NCBI GenBank assembly: GCA_030390025.1
Contig: CM059433.1
Coordinates: 930,001 to 994,000, forward strand
Length of the DNA stretch: 64,000 nucleotides
Direction of reading: 5' to 3'
Origin: Squalus acanthias
Taxonomy: Eukaryota
Shown here: positions 36,601 to 51,600 of the stretch, one piece after another
Position numbering within the stretch: the first letter of the stretch is position 1
How the letters are laid out: each line of letters opens with the position of its first letter
Translations under genes and position numbers: made by a program
Notes under the pieces: generated by a model
Seen by the model: the letters and a program-made list of their open reading frames with translations, nothing else
Database searches by the model: none
What the model was told of the DNA's origin: nothing

Positions 36601-39600
36601 AAGCAGTGAGCTGATGCCTATGGGGATAAAGTAAGCTGATGTCTATGAGATATTGTGAGCTGATGCCTATGGGGATACAGTGAGCTGATGTCTATGGGGA
36701 TAAAATGAGCTGATGCCTATGGGGAAGCAGTGAGCTGATGCCTATGGGGATACAGTGAGCTGATGTCTATGGGGATACAATGAGCTGATGCCTATGGCGA
36801 AGCAGTGAGCTGATGCCTATGGGGATACAGTGTGTTGATGCCTTTGAGGATACAGTGAGCTGATGTCTATGGGGATACAATGAGCTGATGTCTATGGGGA
36901 TACAGTGAGCTGATGTCTATGGTGATACAGTGAGCTGATGTCTATGGGGATACAGTGTGTTGATGTCTATGGGGATTGAGTGTGTTGATGCCTATGGGGA
37001 TACAGTGAGCTTATGTCTATGGGGATACAATGAGCTGATGTCTATGAGGATACAGTGAGCTGATGTCTATGGTGATACAGTGAGCTGATGTCTATGGGGA
37101 TACAGTGTGTTGATGCCTATGGGGATACAGTGAGCTGATGTCTATGGGGATACAGTGAGCTGATGTCTATGGGGATACAGTGAGCTGGTGTCTATGGGGA
37201 AGCAGTGAGCTGATGACTATGGGGATTCAGTGAGCTGATGTCTCTGGGGATACAGTGAGCTGATGTCTATGGGGATACAGTGAGCTGATCTCTATGGGGA
37301 TACAGAGAGCTGATGTCTATGGGGATACAGTGAGCTGATGTCTATGGGGATAGAGTGAGCTGATGTCTATGGGGATACAGTGTGTTGATGCCTATGGGGA
37401 TACAATGAGCTGATGTCTATGGGGATACAGTGTGTTGATGTCTATGAGGATACAATGAGCTCATGTCTTTTAGGATATAGTGAGCTGATGGCTATGGGGA
37501 TATAGTGAGCTGATGCCTATGGGGATACAATGAGCTGATGTCTATGGGGATACAGTGAGCTGATGTCTATGGGGATATAGTGAGCTGATGTCTATGGGGA
37601 TATAGTGAGCTGATGCCTATGGGGATACAATGAGCTGATGTCTATGGGGATACAGTGAGCTGATGTCTATGGGGATATAGTGAGCTGATGTCTATGGGGA
37701 TACAGTGTGTTGATGTCTATGGGGATACAATGAGCTGATGTCTATGGGGATACAGTGTGTTGATGTCTATGGGGATACAGTGAGCTTATGTCTATGGGGA
37801 TACAATGAGCTGATATCTATGGGGATATAGTGAGCTGATGCCTATGAGGATACAGTGTGTTGATGTCTATGGGGATAAAGTGTGTTGATGTCTATGGGGA
37901 TACAGTATGTTGATGTCTATGGGGATACAGTGTGTTGATGTCTATGGGGATACAGTGAGCTGATGCCTATGGGGATATAATGAGCAGATGTCTATGGGGA
38001 TGCAGTGAGCTGATGCCTATGGGGATACAGTGTGTTGATGTCTATGGGGATACAGTGTGTTGATGTCTATGGGGATACAGTGCGTTGATGTCTATGGGGA
38101 TACAGTGAGCTGATGTCTATGGGGATACAGTGAGCTGATATCTATGGGGATACAGTGAGCTGATGTCTATGGGGATACAGTGTGTTGATGTCTATGGGGA
38201 AGCAGTGAGCTGATGCCTATGGGGATGAAGTAAGCTGATGTCTATGAGATATAGTGAGCTGATGCCTATGGGGATACAGTGAGCTGATGTCTATGGGGAT
38301 ACAGTGAGCTGATGTCTATGGGGATACAATGAGCTGATGCCTATGGGAAGCAGTGAGCTGATGCCTATGGGGATACAGTGAGCTGATGTCTATGGGGATA
38401 CAGTGAGCTGATGTCTATGGTGATACAGTGAGCTGATGTCTATGGGGATACAGTGTGTTGATGCCTATGGGGATACAGTGAGCTAATGTCTATGGGGATA
38501 CAGTGAGCTGATGTCTATGGGGATACAGTGAGCTGATGTCTATGGTGATACAGTGAGCTGATGTCTATGTGGATACAATGTGTTGATGCCTATGGGGATA
38601 CAGTGAGCTGATGCCGATGGGGATACAGTGAGCTAATGTCTATGGGGATACAGTGAGCTGATGTCTATGGGGATACAGTGAGCTGATGTCTATGGGGATA
38701 CAGTGAGCTGATGTCTATGGTGATACAGTGAGCTGATGTCTATGGGGATACAGTGTGTTGATGCCTATGGGGATACAGTGAGCTGATGTCTATGGGGATA
38801 CAGTGAGCTGATGTCTATGGGGATACAGTGAGCTGATGTCTATGGGGATACAATGAGCTGATGTCTATGGGGATACAGTGTGTTGATGTCTATGAGGATA
38901 CAATGAGCTCATGTCTATGGGGATATAGTGAGCTGATGTCTATGGGGATATAGTGAGCTGATGCCTATGGGGATACAATGATCTGATGTCTATGGGGATA
39001 CAGTAGGCTGATGTCTATGGGGATATAGTGAGCTGATGTCTATGGGGATATAATGAGCTGATGCCTATGGGGATACAATGAGCTGATGTCTATGGGGATA
39101 CAGTGAGCTGATGTCTATGGGGATACAGTGAGCTGATGTCTATGGGGATATAGTGAGCTGATGTCTATGGGGATACAGTGTGTTGATGTCTATGGGGATA
39201 CAGTGTGTTGATGTCTTTGGGGATACAGTGAGCTGATGTCTATGGGGATACAGTGTGTTGAAGTCTATGGGGATACAGTGAGCTGATGTCTATGGGGATA
39301 CAGTGAGCTGATGTCTATGGGGATATAGTGAGCTGATGCCTATGGGGAAGCAGTGAGCTGATGTCTATGGGGATACAGTGTGTTGATGTCTATGGGGATA
39401 CAGTGAGCTGATGTCTATGGGGATACAGTGTGTTGATGTCTATGGGGATATAGTGCGCTGATGTCTATGGGGATACAGTGAGCTGATGCCTATGGGGATA
39501 CAGTGAGCTGATGTCTATGGGGATACAGTGTGTTGATGCCTATGGGGATACAGTGAGCTGATGCCTATGGGGATACAGTGAGCTGATGCCTATGGGGATA

Positions 39601-42600
39601 CAGTGAGCTGATGTCTATGGTGATACAGTGAGCTGATGTCTATGGGGATACAGTGAGCTGATGTCTATGGGGATACAGTGTGTTGATGCCTATGGGGATA
39701 TAATGAGCTGATGCCTATGGGGATACAGTGAGCTGATGCTTATAGGGATACAGTGAGCTGATGTCTATGGGGATACAGTGTGTTGATGTCTATGGGGATA
39801 CAGTGAGCTGATGTCTATTGGGATACAGTGAGCTGATGCCTATGGGGAAGCAGTGTGTTGATGTCTATGAGGATACAGTGAGCTGATGTCTATGGGGATA
39901 CAGTGAGCTGATGTCTATGGGGATACAGAGAGCTGATGTCTATGGGGATACAGTGAGCTGATGTCTATGGGGATACAGTGAGCTGATGTCTATGGGGATA
40001 CAGTGTGTTGATGCCTATGGGGATACAATGAGCTGATGTCTATGGGGATAAAGTGTGTTGATGTCTATGAGGATACAATGAGCTCATGTCTATGGGGAAG
40101 CAGTGTGTTGATGTCTATGGGGATACAGTGTGTTGATGCCTATAGGGATAAAGTAAGCTGATGTCTATGAGATATAGTGAGCTGATGCCTATGGGGATAC
40201 AGTGAGCTGATGTCTATGGGGATACAGTGAGCTGATGTCTATGGGGATACAATGAGCTGATGCCTATGGAGATACAGTGAGCTGGTGTCTATGGGGAAGC
40301 AGTGAGCTGATGACTATGGGGATTCAGTGAGCTGATGTCTCTGGGGATACTGTGAGCTGATGTCTATGGGGATACAGTGAGCTGATGTCTATGGGGATAC
40401 AGAGAGCTGATGTCTATGGGGATACAGTGAGCTGATGTCTATGGGGATACAGTGAGCTGATGTCTATGGGGATACAGTGTGTTGATGCCTATGGGGATAC
40501 AATGAGCTGATGTCTATGGGGATAAAGTGTGTTGATGTCTATGAGGATACAATGAGCTGATGTCTATGGGGTACAGTGTGTTGATGTCTATGGGGATACA
40601 GTGTGTTGATGCCTATGGGGATAAAGTAAGCTGATGTATATGAGATATAGTGAGCTGATGCCTATGGGGATACAGTGAGCTGATGTCTATGGGGATACAG
40701 TGAGCTGATGTCTATGGGGATACAATGAGCTGATGCCTATGGGGAAGAAGTGAGCTGGTGTCTATGGGGAGCAGTGAGCTGATGACTATGGAGATTCAGT
40801 GAGCTGATGTCTATGGGGATACAGTGAGCTGATGTCTATGGGGATACAGTGAGCTGATGTCTATGGGGATACAGTGTGTTGATGCCTATGGGGATACAAT
40901 GAGCTGATGTCTATGGGGATACAGTGTGTTGATGTCTATGAGGATAAAATGAGCTCATGTCTATGGGGATATAGTGAGCTGATGTCTATGGGGATATAGT
41001 GAGCTGATGCCTATGGGGATACAATGAGCTGATGTCTATGGGGATACAATGAGCTGATGTCTATGGGGATATAGTGAGCTGATGTCTATGGGGATACCGT
41101 GAGCTGATGTCTATGGGGAAGCAGTGTGTTGATGTCTATGGGGATACAGTGAGCTGATGTCTATGGGGATACAGTGTGCTGATGTCTATGGGGATACAGT
41201 GAGCTGATGTCTATGGGGATACAGTGTGTTGATGTCTATGGGGAAGCAGTGAGCTGATGCCTATGGGGATAAAGTAAGCTGATGTCTATGAGATATAGTG
41301 AGCTGATGCCTATGGGGATACAGTGAGCTGATGTCTATGGGGATAAAATGAGCTGATGCCTATGGCGAAGCAGTGAGCTGATGCCTATGGGGAAGCAGTG
41401 AGCTGATGCCTATGGGGATACAGTGAGCTGATGTCTATGGGGATACAATGAGCTGATGCCTATGGCGAAGCAGTGAGCTGATGCCTATGGGGATACAGTG
41501 AGCTGATGTCTATGGGGATACAGTGAGCTGATGTCTATGGTGATACAGTGAGCTGATGTCTATGGGGATACAGTGTGTTGATGCCTTTGAGGATACAGTG
41601 AGCTGATGTCTATGGGGATACAATGAGCTGATGTCTATGGGGATACAGTGAGCTGATGTCTATGGTGATACAGTGAGCTGATGTCTATGGGGATACAGTG
41701 TGTTGATGTCTATGGGGATTGAGTGTGTTGATGCCTATGGGGATACAGTGAGCTTATGTCTATGGGGATACAATGAGCTGATGTCTATGAGGATACAGTG
41801 AGCTGATGTCTATGGTGATACAGTGAGCTGATGTCTATGGGGATACAGTGTGTTGATGCCTATGGGGATACAGTGAGCTGATGTCTATGGGGATACAGTG
41901 AGCTGATGTCTATGGGGATACAGTGAGCTGGTGTCTATGGGGAAGCAGTGAGCTGATGACTATGGGGATTCAGTGAGCTGATGTCTCTGGGGATACAGTG
42001 AGCTGATGTCTATGGGGATACAGTGAGCTGATGTCTATGGGGATACAGAGAGCTGATGTCTATGGGGATACAGTGAGCTGATGTCTATGGGGATAGAGTG
42101 AGCTGATGTCTATGGGGATACAGTGTGTTGATGCCTATGGGGATACAATGAGCTGATGTCTATGGGGATACAGTGTGTTGATGTCTATGAGGATACAATG
42201 AGCTCATGTCTTTTAGGATATAGTGAGCTGATGTCTATGGGGATATAGTGAGCTGATGCCTATGGGGATACAATGAGCTGATGTCTATGGGGATACAGTG
42301 AGCTGATGTCTATGGGGATATAGTGAGCTGATGTCTATGGGGATATAGTGAGCTGATGCCTATGGGGATACAATGAGCTGATGTCTAGGGGGATACAGTG
42401 AGCTGATGTCTATGGGGATACAGTGAGCTGATGTCTATGGGGATATAGTGAGCTGATGTCTATGGGGATACAGTGTGTTGATGTCTATGGGGATACAATG
42501 AGCTGATGTCTATGGGGATACAGTGTGTTGATGTCTATGGGGATACAGTGAGCTTATGTCTATGGGGATACAATGAGCTGATATCTATGGGGATATAGTG

Positions 42601-45600
42601 AGCTGATGCCTATGAGGATACAGTGTGTTGATGTCTATGGGGATAAAGTGTGTTGATGTCTATGGGGATACAGTATGTTGATGTCTATGGGGATACAGTG
42701 TGTTGATGTCTATGGGGATACAGTGAGCTGATGCCTATGGGGATATAATGAGCAGATGTCTATGGGGATGCAGTGAGCTGATGCCTATGGGGATACAGTG
42801 TGTTGATGTCTATGGGGATACAGTGTGTTGATGTCTATGGGGATACAGTGCGTTGATGTCTATGGGGATACAGTGAGCTGATGTCTATGGGGATACAGTG
42901 AGCTGATATCTATGGGGATACAGTGAGCTGATGTCTACGGGGATACAGTGTGTTGATGTCTATGGGGAAGCAGTGAGCTGATGCCTATGGGGATGAAGTA
43001 AGCTGATGTCTATGAGATATAGTGAGCTGATGCCTATGGGGATACAGTGAGCTGATGTCTATGGGGATACAGTGAGCTGATGTCTATGGGGATACAATGA
43101 GCTGATGCCTATGGGGAAGCAGTGAGCTGATGCCTATGGGGATACAGTGAGCTGATGTCTATGGGGATACAGTGAGCTGATGTCTATGGTGATACAGTGA
43201 GCTGATGTCTATGGGGATACAGTGTGTTGATGCCTATGGGGATACAGTGAGCTAATGTCTATGGGGATACAGTGAGCTGATGTCTATGGGGATACAGTGA
43301 GCTGATGTCTATGGTGATACAGTGAGCTGATGTCTATGTGGATACAATGTGTTGATGCCTATGGGGATACAGTGAGCTGATGCCGATGGGGATACAGTGA
43401 GCTAATGTCTATGGGGATACAGTGAGCTGATGTCTATGGGGATACAGTGAGCTGATGTCTATGGGGATACAGTGAGCTGATGTCTATGGTGATACAGTGA
43501 GCTGATGTCTATGGGGATACAGTGTGTTGATGCCTATGGGGATACAGTGAGCTGATGTCTATGGGGATACAGTGAGCTGATGTCTATGGGGATACAGTGA
43601 GCTGATGTCTATGGGGATACAATGAGCTGATGTCTATGGGGATACAGTGTGTTGATGTCTATGAGGATACAATGAGCTCATGTCTATGGGGATATAGTGA
43701 GCTGATGTCTATGGGGATATAGTGAGCTGATGCCTATGGGGATACAATGAGCTGATGTCTATGGGGATACAGTAGGCTGATGTCTATGGGGATATAGTGA
43801 GCTGATGTCTATGGGGATATAGTGAGCTGATGCCTATGGGGATACAATGAGCTGATGTCTATGGGGATACAGTGAGCTGATGTCTATGGGGATACAGTGA
43901 GCTGATGTCTATGGGGATATAGTGAGCTGATGTCTATGGGGATACAGTGAGCTGATGTCTATAGGGATACAGTGTGTTGATGTCTATGGGGATACAGTGA
44001 GCTGATGTCTATGGGGATACAGTGTGTTGAAGTCTATGGGGATACAGTGAGCTGATGTCTATGGGGATACAGTGAGCTGATGTCTATGGGGATATAGTGA
44101 GCTGATGCCTATGGGGAAGCAGTGAGCTGATGTCTATGGGGATACAGTGTGTTGATGTCTATGGGGATACAGTGAGCTGATGTCTATGGGGATACAGTGT
44201 GTTGATGTCTATGGGGATATAGTGCGCTGATGTCTATGGGGATACAGTGAGCTGATGCCTATGGGGATACAGTGAGCTGATGTCTATGGGGATACAGTGT
44301 GTTGATGCCTATGGGGATACAGTGAGCTGATGCCTATGGGGATACAGTGAGCTGATGCCTATGGGGATACAGTGAGCTGATGTCTATGGTGATACAGTGA
44401 GCTGATGTCTATGGGGATACAGTGAGCTGATGTCTATGGGGATACAGTGTGTTGATGCCTATGGGGATATAATGAGCTGATGCCTATGGGGATACAGTGA
44501 GCTGATGCTTATAGGGATACAGTGAGCTGATGTCTATGGGGATATAGTGTGTTGATGTCTATGGGGATACAGTGAGCTGATGTCTATTGGGATACAGTGA
44601 GCTGATGCCTATGGGGATACAGTGAGCTGATGTCTATGGGGATACAGTGTGTTGATGCCTATGGGGATACAGTGAGCTGATGCCTATGGGGATACAGTGA
44701 GCTGATGCCTATGGGGATACAGTGAGCTGATGTCTATGGTGATACAGTGAGCTGATGTCTATGGGGATACAGTGAGCTGATGTCTATGGGGATACAGTGT
44801 GTTGATGCCTATGGGGATATAATGAGCTGAAGCCTATGGGGATACAGTGAGCTGATGCTTATAGGGATACAGTGAGCTGATGTCTATGGGGATACAGTGT
44901 GTTGATGTCTATGGGGATACAGTGAGCTGATGTCTATTGGGATACAGTGAGCTGATGCCTATGGGGAAGCAGTGTGTTGATGTCTATGAGGATACAGTGA
45001 GCTGATGTCTATGGGGATACAGTGAGCTGATGTCTATGGGGATACAGAGAGCTGATGTCTATGGGGATACAGTGAGCTGATGTCTATGGGGATACAGTGA
45101 GCTGATGTCTATGGGGATACAGTGTGTTGATGCCTATGGGGATACAATGAGCTGATGTCTATGGGGATAAAGTGTGTTGATGTCTATGAGGATACAATGA
45201 GCTCATGTCTATGGGGAAGCAGTGTGTTGATGTCTATGGGGATACAGTGTGTTGATGCCTATGGGGATAAAGTAAGCTGATGTCTATGAGATATAGTGAG
45301 CTGATGCCTATGGGGATACAGTGAGCTGATGTCTATGGGGATACAGTGAGCTGATGTCTATGGGGATACAATGAGCTGATGCCTATGGAGATACAGTGAG
45401 CTGGTGTCTATGGGGAAGCAGTGAGCTGATGACTATGGGGATTCAGTGAGCTGATGTCTCTGGGGATACTGTGAGCTGATGTCTATGGGGATACAGTGAG
45501 CTGATGTCTATGGGGATACAGAGAGCTGATGTCTATGGGGATACAGTGAGCTGATGTCTATGGGGATACAGTGAGCTGATGTCTATGGGGATACAGTGTG

Positions 45601-48600
45601 TTGATGCCTATGGGGATACAATGAGCTGATGTCTATGGGGATAAAGTGTGTTGATGTCTATGAGGATACAATGAGCTGATGTCTATGGGGATACAGTGTG
45701 TTGATGTCTATGGGGATACAGTGTGTTGATGCCTATGGGGATAAAGTAAGCTGATGTATATGAGATATAGTGAGCTGATGCCTATGGGGATACAGTGAGC
45801 TGATGTCTATGGGGATACAGTGAGCTGATGTCTATGGGGATACAATGAGCTGATGCCTATGGGGAAGCAGTGAGCTGATGCCTATGGGGATACAGTGAGC
45901 TGATGTCTATGGGGATACAGTGAGCTGATGTCTATGGTGATACAGTGAGCTGATGTCTATGGGGATACAGTGTGTTGATGCCTATGGGGATACAGTGAGC
46001 TGATGTCTATGGGGATACAGTGAGCTGATGTCTATGGGGATACAGTGAGCTGATGTCTATGGTGATACAGTGAGCTGATGTCTATGGGGATACAGTGTGT
46101 TGATGCCTATGGGGATACAGTGAGCTGATGCCGATGGGGATACAGTGAGCTAATGTCTATGGGGTACAGTGTGCTGATGTCTATGGGGATACAGTGAGCT
46201 GATGTCTATGGTGATACAGTGAGCTGATGTCTATGGGGATACAGAGTGTTGATTCCTATGGGGATACAGTGAGCTGATGTCTATGGGGATACAGTGAGCT
46301 GATGTCTATGGGTTACAGTGAGCTGATGCCTATGGGGATACAGTGAGCTGGTGTCTATGGGGAGCAGTGAGCTGATGACTATGGAGATTCAGTGAGCTGA
46401 TGTCTATGGGGATACAGTGAGCTGATGTCTATGGGGATACAGTGAGCTGATGTCTATGGGGATACAGTGTGTTGATGCCTATGGGGATACAATGAGCTGA
46501 TGTCTATGGGGATACAGTGTGTTGATGTCTATGAGGATAAAATGAGCTCATGTCTATGGGGATATAGTGAGCTGATGTCTATGGGGATATAGTGAGCTGA
46601 TGCCTATGGGGATACAATGAGCTGATGTCTATGGGGATACAATGAGCTGATGTCTATGGGGATATAGTGAGCTGATGTCTATGGGGATACCGTGAGCTGA
46701 TGTCTATGGGGAAGCAGTGTGTTGATGTCTATGGGGATACAGTGAGCTGATGTCTATGGGGATACAGTGTGCTGATGTCTATGGGGATACAGTGAGCTGA
46801 TGTCTATGGGGATACAGTGTGTTGATGTCTATGGGGAAGCAGTGAGCTGATGCCTATGGGGATAAAGTAAGCTGATGTCTATGAGATATAGTGAGCTGAT
46901 GCCTATGGGGATACAGTGAGCTGATGTCTATGGGGATAAAATGAGCTGATGCCTATGGGGAAGCAGTGAGCTGATGCCTATGGGGATACAGTGAGCTGAT
47001 GTCTATGGGGATACAATGAGCTGATGCCTATGGCGAAGCAGTGAGCTGATGCCTATGGGGATACAGTGAGCTGATGTCTATGGGGATACAGTGAGCTGAT
47101 GTCTATGGTGATACAGTGAGCTGATGTCTATGGGGATACAGTGTGTTGATGCCTTTGGGGATACAGTGAGCTGATGTCTATGGGGATACAATGAGCTGAT
47201 GTCTATGGGGATACAGTGAGCTGATGTCTATGGTGATACAGTGAGCTGATGTCTATGGGGATACAGTGTGTTGATGTCTATGGGGATTGAGTGTGTTGAT
47301 GCCTATGGGGATACAGTGAGCTTATGTCTATGGGGATACAATGAGCTGATGTCTATGAGGATACAGTGAGCTGATGTCTATGGTGATACAGTGAGCTGAT
47401 GTCTATGGGGATACAGTGTGTTGATGCCTATGGGTATACAGTGAGCTGATGTCTATGGGGATACAGTGAGCTGATGTCTATGGGGATACAGTGAGCTGGT
47501 GTCTATGGGGAAGCAGTGAGCTGATGACTATGGGGATTCAGTGAGCTGATGTCTCTGGGGATACAGTGAGCTGATGTCTATGGGGATACAGTGAGCTGAT
47601 GTCTATGGGGATACAGAGAGCTGATGTCTATGGGGATACAGTGAGCTGATGTCTATGGGGATAGAGTGAGCTGATGTCTATGGGGATACAGTGTGTTGAT
47701 GCCTATGGGGATACAATGAGCTGATGTCTATGGGGATACAGTGTGTTGATGTCTATGAGGATACAATGAGCTCATGTCTTTTAGGATATAGTGAGCTGAT
47801 GTCTATGGGGATATAGTGAGCTGATGCCTATGGGGATACAATGAGCTGATGTCTATGGGGATACAGTGAGCTGATGTCTATGGGGATATAGTGAGCTGAT
47901 GTCTATGGGGATATAGTGAGCTGATGCCTATGGGGATACAATGAGCTGATGTCTATGGGGATACAGTGAGCTGATGTCTATGGGGATACAGTGAGCTGAT
48001 GTCTATGGGGATATAGTGAGCTGATGTCTATGGGGATACAGTGTGTTGATGTCTATGGGGATACAATGAGCTGATGTCTATGGGGATACAGTGTGTTGAT
48101 GTCTATGGGGATACAGTGAGCTTATGTCTATGGGGATACAATGAGCTGATATCTATGGGGATATAGTGAGCTGATGCCTATGAGGATACAGTGTGTTGAT
48201 GTCTATGGGGATAAAGTGTGTTGATGTCTATGGGGATACAATGAGCTGATATCTATGGGGATACAGTATGTTGATGTCTATGGGGATACAGTGTGTTGAT
48301 GTCTATGGGGATACAGTGAGCTGATGCCTATGGGGATATAATGAGCAGATGTCTATGGGGATGCAGTGAGCTGATGCCTATGGGGATACAGTGTGTTGAT
48401 GTCTATGGGGATACAGTGTGTCGATGTCTATGGGGATACAGTGCGTTGATGTCTATGGGGATACAGTGAGCTGATGTCTATGGGGATACAGTGAGCTGAT
48501 ATCTATGGGGATACAGTGAGCTGATGTCTATGGGGATACAGTGTGTTGATGTCTATGGGGAAGCAGTGAGCTGATGCCTATGGGGATGAAGTAAGCTGAT

Positions 48601-51600
48601 GTCTATGAGATATAGTGAGCTGATGCCTATGGGGATACAGTGAGCTGATGTCTATGGGGATACAGTGAGCTGATGTCTATGGGGATACAATGAGCTGATG
48701 CCTATGGGGAAGCAGTGAGCTGATGCCTATGGGGATACAGTGAGCTGATGTCTATGGGGATACAGTGAGCTGATGTCTATGGTGATACAGTGAGCTGATG
48801 TCTATGGGGATACAGTGTGTTGATGCCTATGGGGATACAGTGAGCTAATGTCTATGGGGATACAGTGAGCTGATGTCTATGGGGATACAGTGAGCTGATG
48901 TCTATGGTGATACAGTGAGCTGATGTCTATGTGGATACAATGTGTTGATGCCTATGGGGATACAGTGAGCTGATGCCGATGGGGATACAGTGAGCTAATG
49001 TCTATGGGGATACAGTGAGCTGATGTCTATGGGGATACAGTGAGCTGATGTCTATGGGGATACAGTGAGCTGATGTCTATGGTGATACAGTGAGCTGATG
49101 TCTATGGGGATACAGTGTGTTGATGCCTATGGGGATACAGTGAGCTGATGTCTATGGGGATACAGTGAGCTGATGTCTATGGGGATACAGTGAGCTGATG
49201 TCTATGGGGATACAATGAGCTGATGTCTATGGGGATACAGTGTGTTGATGTCTATGAGGATACAATGAGCTCATGTCTATGGGGATATAGTGAGCTGATG
49301 TCTATGGGGATATAGTGAGCTGATGCCTATGGGGATACAATGATCTGATGTCTATGGGGATACAGTAGGCTGATGTCTATGGGGATATAGTGAGCTGATG
49401 TCTATGGGGATATAGTGAGCTGATGTCTATGGGGATACAATGAGCTGATGTCTATGGGGATACAGTGAGCTGATGTCTATGGGGATACAGTGAGCTGATG
49501 TCTATGGGGATATAGTGAGCTGATGTCTATGGGGATACAGTGTGTTGATGTCTATGGGGATACAGTGTGTTGATGTCTTTGGGGATACAGTGAGCTGATG
49601 TCTATGGGGATACAGTGTGTTGAAGTCTATGGGGATACAGTGAGCTGATGTCTATGGGGATACAATGAGCTGATGTCTATGGGGATATAGTGAGCTGATG
49701 CCTATGGGGAAGCAGTGAGCTGATGTCTATGGGGATACAGTGTGTTGATGTCTATGGGGATACAGTGAGCTGATGTCTATGGGGATACAGTGTGTTGATG
49801 TCTATGGGGATATAGTGCGCTGATGTCTATGGGGATACAGTGAGCTGATGCCTATGGGGATACAGTGTGTTGATGTCTATGGGGATATAGTGCGCTGATG
49901 TCTATGGGGATACAATGAGCTGATGCCTATGGCGAAGCAGTGAGCTGATGCCTATGGGGATACAGTGAGCTGATGTCTATGGGGATACAGTGAGCTGATG
50001 TCTATGGTGATACAGTGAGCTGATGTCTATGGGGATACAGTGTGTTGATGCCTTTGGGGATACAGTGAGCTGATGTCTATGGGGATACAATGAGCTGATG
50101 TCTATGGGGATACAGTGAGCTGATGTCTATGGTGATACAGTGAGCTGATGTCTATGGGGATACAGTGTGTTGATGTCTATGGGGATTGAGTGTGTTGATG
50201 CCTATGGGGATACAGTGAGCTTATGTCTATGGGGATACAATGAGCTGATGTCTATGAGGATACAGTGAGCTGATGTCTATGGTGATACAGTGAGCTGATG
50301 TCTATGGGGATACAGTGTGTTGATGCCTATGGGGATACAGTGAGCTGATGTCTATGGGGATACAGTGAGCTGATGTCTATGGGGATACAGTGAGCTGGTG
50401 TCTATGGGGAAGCAGTGAGCTGATGACTATGGGGATTCAGTGAGCTGATGTCTCTGGGGATACAGTGAGCTGATGTCTATGGGGATACAGTGAGCTGATG
50501 TCTATGGGGATACAGAGAGCTGATGTCTATGGGGATACAGTGAGCTGATGTCTATGGGGATAGAGTGAGCTGATGTCTATGGGGATACAGTGTGTTGATG
50601 CCTATGGGGATACAATGAGCTGATGTCTATGGGGATACAGTGTGTTGATGTCTATGAGGATACAATGAGCTCATGTCTTTTAGGATATAGTGAGCTGATG
50701 TCTATGGGGATATAGTGAGCTGTTGCCTATGGGGATACAATGAGCTGATGTCTATGGGGATACAGTGAGCTGATGTCTATGGGGATATAGTGAGCTGATG
50801 TCTATGGGGATATAGTGAGCTGATGCCTATGGGGATACAATGAGCTGATGTCTATGGGGATACATTGAGCTGATGTCTATGGGGATACAGTGAGCTGATG
50901 TCTATGGGGATATAGTGAGCTGATGTCTATGGGGATACAGTGTGTTGATGTCTATGGGGATACAATGAGCTGATATCTATGGGGATACAGTGTGTTGATG
51001 TCTATGGGGATACAGTGAGCTTATGTCTATGGGGATACAATGAGCTGATATCTATGGGGATATAGTGAGCTGATGCCTATGAGGATACAGTGTGTTGATG
51101 TCTATGGGGATAAAGTGTGTTGATGTCTATGGGGATACAGTATGTTGATGTCTATGGGGATACAGTGTGTTGATGTCTATGGGGATACAGTGAGCTGATG
51201 CCTATGGGGATATAATGAGCAGATGTCTATGGGGATGCAGTGAGCTGATGCCTATGGGGATACAGTGTGTTGATGTCTATGGGGATACAGTGTGTTGATG
51301 TCTATGGGGATACAGTGCGTTGATGTCTATGGGGATACAGTGAGCTGATGTCTATGGGGATACAGTGAGCTGATATCTATGGGGATACAGTGAGCTGATG
51401 TCTATGGGGATACAGTGTGTTGATGTCTATGGGGAAGCAGTGAGCTGATGCCTATGGGGATGAAGTAAGCTGATGTCTATGAGATATAGTGAGCTGATGC
51501 CTATGGGGATACAGTGAGCTGATGTCTATGGGGATACAGTGAGCTGATGTCTATGGGGATACAATGAACTGATGCCTATGGGGAAGCAGTGAGCTGATGC